DNA from: Mizuhopecten yessoensis
Taxonomy: Eukaryota
Assembly (NCBI RefSeq): GCF_002113885.1
Contig: NW_018403513.1
Span: 1,216,726-1,280,725 of the forward strand
Reading direction: 5' to 3'
Length of the DNA: 64,000 nucleotides
The notes below the pieces were generated by a model that made no database searches, was not told the DNA's origin, and saw only the letters and a program-made list of their open reading frames with translations. Positions 1 through 37,400 of the stretch are shown here, piece by piece; position 1 is the first letter of the stretch; each line of letters opens with the position of its first letter. A program made the position numbers and the translations under genes.

Positions 1-867
1 CTTTGAATACTGCCCACCTGCAATAATGATTCCGTAACGTACTCCTTGCGCTATCTTTTGACCATTTGGCAACTTTTCGTTTCGTAGCTGACACGGTACA
101 ACATTTTTCTTTCGCTTACTTCACACGGCCAGTCATTTTGTTTACAAAGAAATGGTGTGCTATGCGCATGCGCTAGTAGAGGGAAATCCCTGAACAAAAC
201 GTTGGTCAGACAGGTAGAAATACCGATGATTTTCTTAGATTTAATCATTTTTATGAATCTATTTCAGCCAAATCCGATCGTTATTTTCCATAAGGAGTCT
301 CACTTGATATGTTTATGTAGTATTTGAAAAAAGGCAAAAAGTAAAGTTACTTCACCGTGATGCCCCTTTAAGAAATAGGAGTTTAAAAGTGTGATTTAAT
401 TTGCCTATTGGATGCCAGCCCGAAAGGCCACAACCTCCGTTCAAGAACGATATTTATTCAGGTAATTAAGAACAGGGAAGCTTAAACTACTTAAGATTTT
501 TTAAAGGAAACAACAAAATCTTTACTTATTGTTATTGTGAAGTATAAGATGTCATTATACACAAATAAAGAAACCATTCAAAAAGTTTGAATTGTATCAC
601 TTTTATTGAATTGTTGCCGTTTAAAACATATTTGAACTGTTTTTGTATATTACTGTTTTTGTTTTTAGATTTTAGCATACAATGATTCATCATACCTATT
701 GCAGGCCTATATTGACAACTAAATCAACATTGTAAGAACAAATTGTTTCAATAAGCGCTGCATTGAACTTAAGCATCAGGTTAAACACGAAAGCGGTTAA
801 ATAAAAACAAAAAAATACAATACACCTCCAGCACACACGCAGACATACACACATAGGGAGATATTAG

Positions 868-1512
868 CCAGGTGGCACAGGACTAGTAATTAGCGCCTAA
901 TAAGGCAGCTCCTGCAAATTCCTCAAAAAGTATTGTACCTGCTGCCCCCATTGCATGATCGTAAGAGGCGACTAAATTTGGGATGTTATCTTTTCTCTTC
1001 TTTCTAAACAACTTTCTTCTTCCTAATGTCTCCCTTGACGATTCCTCACTTTTGGCCTTTAGTTGAGCGTTCGCCTCTGTGAGGAAGGCTTGGGGTTCTG
1101 TCCCCTGGCCGAGGCATACCAGAGTCTGTAAAAATGGTAGTTTCCGCTTCTGCTTAACGCTCGGCAATTTAGAAGTGGGACGACTGGTTCGCCCGTTTTC
1201 AGTATAATGTGACCAGATGGGGTGTCCTGCTGGGTGTCTTCGGCAGTATGTTTCAGTGAAGTAGCACTATAAAGTCGGCATCAGTTCCGCGCTATCACAA
1301 GGAGACTAACACAAACATATCGCAGCCTCCAAAAATACACACGCATACACTAAACACATGTATCTTGCCCACTGGGGAGATCATCCTTAAATGAAGCTGT
1401 TGATAGGAAGCTTGATTTAGTTTGGTTTATTATTGGTTAACGTCCTATAAACAGCTATGATCATTTCAGGACGTTCTCCCCTGGTTGCAAGATGTAAACC
1501 AAACCAAACCAA
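868..1512 (+). mobile_element. tRNA-derived Meta-type SINE with 5' extension
   Basis: A/B-box-like head ~1044-1105, central tttcagtgaagtagcactataaag (Meta-domain-like), (AAACC)n tail; homologous reverse copy at 63255-63850. Confidence 0.7.
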
Positions 1513-1824
1513 TCAAAACTTATATTGATTAATGTATGTACTTATTGTATTTATTGTATAAAATGTTGATCTATGTACTGTAAAGCGCTTTAGAGTGGCG
1601 TATTCTAGCTAGATAGGGCGCTAGATCAAATGTTGTATATTATTATAATTGTATATACGAGAAACCTAAGCTCCGTTAGTTTTATCCTTTACGTCAAAAT
1701 GAAAATTTAAGATGCAGAAAATTTCATTCATTAAAATAAAAAGAGAAATATAGCTGGTATACACATACTTATAACTTTTAAAACAGAACGAAAAATGCTT
1801 TCAGGTTCTACCGTACCTGGTCAA

Positions 1825-1836
1825 TGTGACGTCACA
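1825..1836. promoter_or_regulatory. Perfect CRE palindrome TGTGACGTCACA ~1.5 kb upstream of the cyclase ATG
   Basis: Exact TGACGTCA core extended to a 12-bp palindrome; function untested. Confidence 0.3.
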
Positions 1837-3315
1837 AAACTTAATATATTTTTGAAAAAGGAAACACCTTAAAAAGATATTCGGCGGAGTTACAGTTGTA
1901 ACAATTTTACTGTAAAAACTGACTGAAAGAGTTACTTTAAAACAGTCATCATATCATGTTTGCCGTTAATCCTTATCGAAGAATTTATTTATCAATTTAT
2001 ATGCCATTGAAAATCTAAATAGGGAAACTACTAAACTATAGTATTTAATACATCTTTATATGTTTTTCCATTTTTTGAACTTAGTGCTGGTTCTCAAAAT
2101 CAAAAACATTTACAAATTGTAATATTAACACATCAAGTTTATAATTGCTGAATAAGTTAGTCCAAACTCTATTTTCGTCGTACGAAAACTTGTTAAGATA
2201 TGAAGTGCTAATCGAAGATGGAAATACTTACGAAGTGCAATTATATTTAGATTTTTTTCTTGATAGGGTCCAGTAAGCTAATATAAATCAGAGGACAATC
2301 GGTGAGAAATAACACTCTAAAAACTGGACATATCAAATTGAAGGCGACAGACAGGATTTCCAGCATAACAATGTCACATATTTCTTAAAATCCATCAAAG
2401 TTTAGTTAATGTTGTTAACATTCCATTGAAAGGATTTAATTTGTGTGAAATTACCAGCCGTTGCCTTCTCTCTGCACGCTCGATTATGTAAGAGATTTAA
2501 TGACAGTAATACATGTCCACTTCCGGGACACTGATCAATTTCCGGTATTGACACGCGAACGGTATTGCCAAATACGTGCAATATTTCAAATAATAGATAA
2601 CAGATATATATGTAACCATGCTAGGAACGACGTGGGCACTGTGCGATAGCCGGTGTGTGAATAATATGTTCCACGCAATCAAATCACTGTCAATTTGTGC
2701 TCGATTGTTCAGCATATTATCGACTGGCGGTGATTATTACTGAATGTCTATTGTATTAATCGAACTAATATATATGTACTAATTGTTCCTATTCTTTACC
2801 GTTCGATCAGAGGTGCGTACGCTCAATTCACGTGCACGTACCGGTGTTCATTTCGATGTTAATATAATGAAATCGATTAACGACATATCCGCTGATGGCC
2901 ACAATTTATAACGCTTGTCTATTGCCAACATGAAATCAACAGCAGGTGAAAGTTCCATTAGACGCAGTTACGTTATCTAGAACGCTATCGAACTGGATGC
3001 TAGATAACAAAGATACATATGTAGGTGTATGTATAATATTATGATACTGATACTTTCGACCCAGGACTTAATGTCATGACGACCTGTGCTTGGAAGCGGT
3101 ACTTAAGAATTTATAACAGATTTCTTGCATAACGACACTACTAAATACTGATCTTGATAATATAATTACAAAAACCTGGTTATAATTGAGGCTAAACCAT
3201 AGAAATGATTCATTTGGAATAAGGAAGGCGAAGTCGTAAACGGTCATGATGTTGGAAATTAATGACAAGATTAATTGTTCACAGATGTCTCCTTCCTAGA
3301 TTTGAATTTGCAACC

Positions 3316-28909
<25,594 letters not shown>

Positions 28910-30921
28910 TGTTTGAATGATACGTTATAGTGTAGGCCACTTGTTTAGACCAACTTTCTTTGGCGTTTTAAAGAGCATATGTTCCATAGGAATTTGAATA
29001 GGCGGAATTATTGCTTAATGTTATTTTTCCTATTTCACAAGATACGCATAAAAATAAAAAGCTCTTCTTTCCTCGTGGACAGGGATTGACACAGTGACTC
29101 AGTAAGGATACTTTGATGTTCTTATTGCAGTCCAATGGTAACCTCATTGAATGTTTGCTTTGATATTTCCCTCTCGGTTTTTGTTTTTGTTTTGTATTTG
29201 TATTTCCATATATTTTTTGTGCATTGTTATATATTTTGATTGTATTCTTCTATTATTCAATTGTAATTTTATAAAAAAAAAATACATAGTGAACTAGAAT
29301 TGCTCAATTTTTGTTTTGTAATATTTTCAGTTGAAGTGACAAGACAAGACGATTTTATGATGCAATTTTGTTTGCTTTATTTGACAATCATCTTCTTAAG
29401 TCTGCTAGTTATAATTTAATAGCTATGGTATTGCATAGTGTAACGGTTGAGGACAAATTCAATATGATTTGAAAACGATTTAATAAAATAACGGAAGAAT
29501 GTTAAAAATAATTCGGTTCTACTTCAGTACCAAACCCGTCTATATCGCATAATATGTCAATGAGAATCAATGCATGTTATATCTACATATTCCTATAGGC
29601 CAACCATTTGAATAGACAACACGATTGCTCAAATCTATTTATTTATTTTCTCAAATATAGATTGTGTTTTACATGTTATCATTACTTCAACAGTGTAATT
29701 ATACACTTTGAATACGTATTTGAATATAAAAAAAAAATGATTCAAAATATACATTTATTTATACAAATTCCGAGTCGGTTTTTCATTTCGCTTGTTAAAA
29801 CATGTTTAAAATTAAAAGCACTTACTACATGATAATCTCAGATATTTGTGATTTTTAAAGGATTTTTTCCTTATTGCCAAATGTGATGTTATATTTTAAG
29901 TTATCATGTTGTGCAAACCAAATATTTAAATTAGACAGAAGTCCAGTGACACACAGAAAAAAATCTTTCTTTGTTTTATCTGAAATTTGTTATATGGATT
30001 CTTATTTCTTTTTTTTTTCAACGAAAACCCATGTTTTCATGATATTCCGTGAACGGACGTTAAGATTTACGAATGGTATTTTTTTTTCAGTGTAGATACC
30101 TTAAGTCATCTGTCTTTATATGATTTTAGCTTTTGAGAAATTGTTTAGGATCAATCATGAATTCAATATCTTCTTAGATCAAGAATAAATTTTAAATGTT
30201 TTACTCGTATGTGACCTTCTATCAATTCAACACACGGGTTTTGCATTATGTTTTCATACTTTTGAAATATACTGAATCTTTAACGGGGAAACATTGAATA
30301 TTCTCTTTTCATATATACATGATGTTTATACATACAGTATATATTCAAAACCTCTGTAAAAATGTTTCGTGAAATCTACAGTGACTGCAGTGTGATATAA
30401 TGTCAATATCATTGCATGATATGGTAATATGTATACTTAATTTTTGTATATTTTGTAAAATAAAAGCTATATGTCGTAATTCATAATATTCATATTCACG
30501 TGCGTTTCTGTCGAATGTATTATTGCATGGTTATACAAATAAAAACTAATATAAAGGGCAAACAGTTTAAAATTGATACTAAAACAACAATTATGGTCCA
30601 AGATCCTCTCACCACTGCCAAAATGAAATAAACAAAAGAGGATTAACAACATTGTTTTCAGTGTAAATATTCAGCAGGGCTAGTGGGGTTCGTACCCTGG
30701 ACTTCAGATTCCTATGAAATCGCTCTAACTAAATGAGCTGCTTGGTCAACGGAAATGCTTCGGCCAAACCTTGCTTTAGTTATTTCCAAACGGAAGTAAA
30801 TGGACAATACTGTATTTGGGAAAAAAAACTACAGTGCAGAAGCACAGTGATCCTTTATAAAAAATAAAACCTTTCTATCTGTATTTGTTAACGAAAATAG
30901 AATCAAAGGATTTTATGCTTA

Positions 30922-31113
30922 AATCGACGTGATTAGAAACCACAGTGTAAGTCATGTTTCAGCGACGTGAACTTGTAGAAACCACGTTGTTTGTCATGAT
31001 TAATCGACGTGAACTTGAAGAAACCACGTTGTTAGTCATGATTAATTGACGTGAACTTGTAGCAAGCACGTTGTAAGTCATGAGTAAGCGACGTGAACTT
31101 GTGACAACCACGG
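30922..31113. repeat. ~42-bp degenerate tandem repeat, ~4.5 copies
   Basis: (C)GACGTG at 30925, 30963, 31005, 31047, 31089. Confidence 0.85.
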
Positions 31114-34100
31114 AGAAAAACAGGATTTTGCAAAGGGAAACACGTGCAGAAGATCAGAGTTAAATCAGAATCGTTGTGTTTAGTCGCTTTAGAATTTATT
31201 CCCTGTTGTTAGATAGGAAATATCTTCTAAAGCGTCTATACCAAAAGGTTTGCTAACAATCAAACTCACGGTCATCTTCGTGTGAAACTAAATTGTCTCA
31301 TAATCAGTCTAAATTGACAGAAACTGTATTCCTGCCCAGAGATTGCACATATCCACAATAAGTCAATATAAATACCAAGTAACATTAATTTTTCTCCAGA
31401 CACAGACCAAAAACAGAGGCGATCGGCATTAAGGGTCATTGGGTATCTGATGCAATAGGAGGAATATATTTGAACTCACCATTATTCCTAGACACTATAT
31501 TAGTAAAAAGGATACCAAATTATAACAATTTCCTACTAACGGTTTTACACAATTTTAATCATCATATTTTTATTTGATGCTGTGTTCCAGAGCAGAAGCT
31601 AGTTTTATCGTGGTTGAGAATAATGGTTTTGTAATTACCTGAGTGCATATTGTCGTATACGTAATCATCGTTCTGAATTAAAAGTCGTCAAGCGACTACT
31701 GTGTATAGTGCGACTTTCCTCCAAGCACCATGTCTCTGTTCACCATTTATTTTAATAACTCAGAGCTATAGTATACCACAATCAGAGCTATAGTTTACTA
31801 ATATGAATAGGGTTATATGACGAAATAAAAGTTCAATTTCGCTACTGTATACGTCTTGTGTTGGGAGTCTAATAAATGTTTTTTTTTAATAGCAACAAAC
31901 CAAACACAATGTCTTACTTTGAGGTATGATGGTAACATTTAACATGTATTTCAATGAGTAAAACTTGGTGAAATGGAAACTGGATCTAGCATTGATATCG
32001 CGGTTAATTACTGAATGATTAAGGTCCAGGTCTTCTACATAAATCGCCTCACACAAAGAGAAGGAATAACTTTCCGTACCGTATCACGTTTTTGTCTGAC
32101 TACTAAACCTTAAATATGAAAAAAATACGTTACATTAAATAGACTATTTTAGCAAATCCGTAAAAATAAGGGTCCGCGTAGTATAGGCTTTTTCAGTATT
32201 GACTTGTCCAACATGGATGTGTAGTTTTATTACTAGTTATTGTTATCTTCTTTAAGTCCTTTGTTTCACGTCTTTAAGAACAGCAGGAACAGTTGTACTC
32301 TCATACAATGTAGGTAGGAAACGCCTGGAACACTGTTTCCTGTGGTCTAAATGGCGGCTCCGGATAACATTTCTCTGGGCATTTTTAACGCAACGGGGGA
32401 CATAAATGAAAAAATTGTGCACAATGAGGAACACATATCAATGTATTGCTAAATTCAAAAAAATAAAAAATAAACAAGCCGCGTGTCTGGCAACTTTAGA
32501 AATCCACGGGTTGAGATCCCAAATCCTAACATTTCATTAACTACATTTGTAATCCTCTTGAAGAGTGTGAATACGTCCCTGTAGAGGCCTTGTATTCATT
32601 GACTTTGCTATTGTTGATTGATACGTCATTTACATTATGACGCAATATTGGAGGTCTCCGGAGGATATTGTCCAGGGACTGTTCTTTTTATTCAATAAAA
32701 CATTCACGAAAATATGTTATTGTTTCAAAATGGAAGCAATATTTGATAAGTTTCATCTTAAAAACGTAATTATAAAGAATGAATGGCATTTTTGGTCATT
32801 TTATGAGCTCTTATTAGACATACAAATGTATGTGATCTTTGTTAAATATGCCTAGCTACTTTTCTACTTCAACGCAATACTGCCTTCTTTCACGAATACG
32901 TAACAGTATTTTGACAGTGACAACAAATTCCTATGGGTAAGATTGTGCCATTCGCGATGCACATACTACAAACACCAAACAAATGCGAATTTTATAGATG
33001 ATCGATAAATACATGATTTCAAAACGATTCTGCGAATCCTTTTTGTTAACGTTATAACTTGTTGGTCATTGTAAAGAAAATTCAAATAAAATATTGTTAA
33101 ATATAACTATGAAGCAGTCGTGTCCATATCATGTGATTCCACAATTATGTACATTTTGTATGTTCATCAGGTTAGTTTATACCAAAATTACAATTAAAAA
33201 TGAACGTTCAATCCCTACATATATATACGTGTTATACCCTATCGACATTGATGCTTAAATTAACTGAGGAAATAACCAGAGATAATTTGGGTTATACGAT
33301 AGGCCTAACCTGTTCTTTTTATAATTTTAGGACAAACAAGTTACCATTTTTTTCATTTTTAATATAGCTGTATTTTATTCGTTCATAATATTAAGTAGTA
33401 CATGTTTTAACAAGAAAAAAATATTGTTATATAAATATACTGAATTTCAATATTCTTTATTTTGTTTTCAAGAAACATCAACATAATTAAGTAAAATAGC
33501 AATCGCGAGATAAAGAGAAAAAAACATAACATGTAATCTCATTCGTTTTATAGTGCATTGAATTGTACGAACTAGAAATAGTACTGAAAATTAGGTACTG
33601 AACCAGTGTTGTAGGCAATAGTGTAATACATTTTCAGCAACTCATATCATTCTTAAATTAACAGCCGATTAAAAAGTGCAGCGGATTTTAAAAAGTTTGC
33701 AAATATATTTCGTTGAAGGAAATACGTTATTCTGTTTTGTTTTTTATTATCAAAAAATGTAATTTAAAATGTAAATAGGGCTATAAATTGATTTACCCTG
33801 AATACTATGAAACTCCGGCTAACGATATTTGAGGAATTTGTATGACAACAAAGGAAAATAATTATCCCTGCCCAACTTTAAAACATTGTCTTAATATTTC
33901 AACCATTATTAAAGGCCTTTATAAAATTCCTTGCATTTCATTTTTCGGTTTCTTTTCATTCGAATGAAATCAATAGGGACAACATCTACAACTATTAAAT
34001 ATGTACTCGTTTGTTGCAGTTCTGACATATCAGAAAGTGAGATGAAAAAACAAATAATTTTCGCCATTAATATACAATCGATTTTGATATGTAGAGATGT

Positions 34101-34188
34101 ATCTATCTACTTTACGTAAGTTTTGCAAAATTACAAAGGTGAGTAAGTAATGTTTCTTTATCACATTTTCTAAAGTAATATCCTGGAC

Positions 34189-34194
34189 TTTATT
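34189..34194 (-). terminator. Candidate polyadenylation signal AATAAA for the FAXDC2-like gene
   Basis: tttatt on + strand ~130 nt past the stop codon. Confidence 0.45.
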
Positions 34195-34321
34195 GCTTCT
34201 TCAGTGCCCATATAATATCAGACGACTTTTTGTCAGGTTCACCAAAGTTTTTAATCATGAAGTTCTGTTGGACAGACAATTTCGTTTTTAATCTCATGGG
34301 CAAAACGTGTATTCAAGCAAG

Positions 34322-34448
34322 TCATCCTGTTGTTTCCCGTGCAAAGAAAATCACTTTATGTCGTCTGCTTTGCTTGCTCTTCCGAAATTGTTTGTCCGTC
34401 CCATGCAGCCAGTCCAGGACACCAAGAACGCCATAGTTTCCGGTAAAT
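34322..34448 (-). CDS. FAXDC2-like exon 5 (terminal)
   Basis: [41 protein letters not shown]. Confidence 0.92.
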
Positions 34449-37400
34449 CTGGGCAGAAATATGATATATTATATATTTGTTATATAATTTCCGAAAAGAA
34501 AACCAAACCTTGCGCAACACTTTGTGAAAAACACTTAAGATGAATTAAACAATATATAACCATCAATAGTGTTCCGAGTGTATAACATCAACAGGGCTAC
34601 ACATGGTTTAACCTCTGGATTTCAGATTGATATGCTGCCGCCGCCCTTATTGTCTGATCAACCTGGTCAACAAAAGGGTACTGGCTCAACTGTGGGGCAG
34701 CTATACCGAAAACGTAAATAAGAGGAGGTTGCTGTTGATAAGAAAAACACTGTTCTGTGGGTCAGGGATCATTCACGTTAAACTCTGAGTGAATACGTAT
34801 CTGCATCTGATTTATCGACCCTTAACAGTGTCTCGGAAGAAGATTCAGTCTGGATAACATTTAATATAAAATTATTTTATCGATTGTACTACTACAATGT
34901 TTTATTTACAAAATCAATCAATTAAAAATAACCAGTAGCAGCAGGTAATTAGTTCACTGTTAAATACTTACGACCATGATTATGGTAAATCTATATATAT
35001 ATTATGAATACAGAGAAAGAACGTTGTACACCGTATAAACAAATATAGTAAATATCACACCCAGTATCAACCCGAGATTCCAATATCTGATACTGGGTGT
35101 GACATGGAAATGGCATTTTTAATCCTGTTTATGACATACTTACTTATAAAATACGGATAAATCTACTATCTCTTTTTTCGGAATATTGAAAAACGAGAAA
35201 TTTCATAAAGTGCTAACGATTTATAACATTTATAGTGATTTTAATTCAATATCAAAGTTTCTCTAATTTAATCCGTTATTCAGCATCAGCTATTGCTGAA
35301 TTGTTTGTGAGCAAGGGTTCCGAATGACGTTGTTGGTGGTAGATGGAAAAATAAGAAGTGTTCCAAAAGGGCTGTGATACGGGTTTTGCGGGCAGATACG
35401 GGTTTTAGGGTGCAATACGGCGAAGTTATGATATAGCTCAATCTTTAGAGCTCAAAAAGTGCTTAAGTTAGAATACGTCAGGCACAGGATATCTGCAATA
35501 TCAAAACATGCTTTAATGTTACTGATGACAATCTGGATTTAAAAAATCTTTACTGCATTTAAGAAATGTCTTAATTTTAATCGAATTCGAATTTAATGGA
35601 CAACTGGAAATACAAGAATGATACTTCTTACTCACTTCAAATGGTGGTAGTCATGGAATTCCGGAGATGGCAGTAAAGGAAGATGGTAGCCACTGTGGTG
35701 TATAACTGTCACCGCAACTGACAGGAAGAACACCACACTGGTAGTCACCACGTCACATCCGACCACGAGGGGGCCAGTCATAATGGTACCGAGGTTCGAG
35801 AAGATGAACTCTACCGGATGTGAGTAAGCGGAAACCAGGCCAAATGGCGCCGTGAATTCATGATGTACCTTATGGTATCGTTTGTACATGAAGGAAGAGT
35901 GGAGTATCCTGGAATAATTAAAACGGCTTTAATTATGTCAAAATAGTTGTATTGAAAAGGAGTTTTATGGCAGAATTATTTCTACATGATAGTGAATTGT
36001 TTTTAATATTGTACAGTTTTATTCGCTCGAGGTCGGTAATGGGCATTATTGTTTTCAATTCTTTTATTTTACAAACATATAATGTTAATAAAACCAAGCA
36101 CCAATTCTGCTACCAACCCAAGCACCGACCCTTCTACCCGCTATATCCCCGGTCCCGCTACTCACACAATAACAGAACCTGCCACCCACCCAATTACAAA
36201 CACTGCTACCAACCCAATTACCGGCCCTGCTACTGACCCAATTACAGAACCTGCCACCCACCCAATTACAAACACTGCTACCAACCCAATTACCGGCCCT
36301 GCTACCAACCCAACTACCGACCCTGCTACCCACCCAATTACCGACCCTGCTACCAACCCAATTACCGGCCCTGCTACCAACCCAATTACCAACCCTGCTA
36401 CCAACCCAATTACCGACCATGCTACTGACCCAATTACCGGCCCTGCTACTCACCCAATTACTGACCCTGCTACCAACCCAATTACCGACCCTGCTACCAA
36501 CCCTGACCCAAACACCCATACCGACCCTGCTACCAACCCTGCTACCAACCCAATTACCCACCCTGCTACCCTACCCACCCAATTACCGACCCTGCTACCA
36601 ACCCAATTACCGACCCTGCTACCAACCCAATTACCTACCCTGCTACCAACCCAATTACCGACCCTGCTACTGACCCAATTACCGGCCCTTCTGCTCACCC
36701 AATTACCGACCCATAAGCCACTCTCGAAACCAAAACTGACATATGGACTAGAAAACAACAGTCTTCTACAACAAATGTTACCAATAAGCTTTGTTCAATA
36801 CGTAAGCTTTTGAACACGCCGAATCAAAGGTTTTTCAACTGCATTATCTAGCTTATTGCTGGTCAGAATTCCTTTCTGGATATAATCTATTTGGAACCTA
36901 CACTCACTTGAAAAACTCACACAAAAGTTTGTTAGCAGTATCAACTGACGTACTGAATCGCTGAATACAAGCTTGCCAACCGACAACTCTCCATGAAAGA
37001 GGCTGATAGCCACAGCTGGTTGGGATGAGTATAACACAAGCGGTCAATCTCGATCTGCTCCCAGCGTTTGAACTTATCGTTAATCCTTCAACCACCATCT
37101 TTACACGGAACTAATCGTTAATCCTTCAAACACCATCTTTACACGGAACTTATCGTTAATCCTTCAACCACCATCTTTACACGGAACTAATCGTTAATCC
37201 TTCAACCACCATCTTTAGACGGAACTTATCGTTAATCCTTCAACCACCATCTTGACACGGACAAATCGTTAATCCTTCAACCACCATCTTTGCACGTACT
37301 ACTCCACACACAAATGTATGACCGCACAAGGAGACAACAGTGAATTAAAGAGTGAGGAGGCTGCCAGTAGACCATCTCTCAGATTCAAAAGTATCCATAA

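Noticed and set aside
1-371. Possible right end of a TTAA (Kolobok/piggyBac-type) MITE ending GATGCCCCTTTAA
   Set aside because: The left end lies outside the window, so the TIR pair cannot be verified
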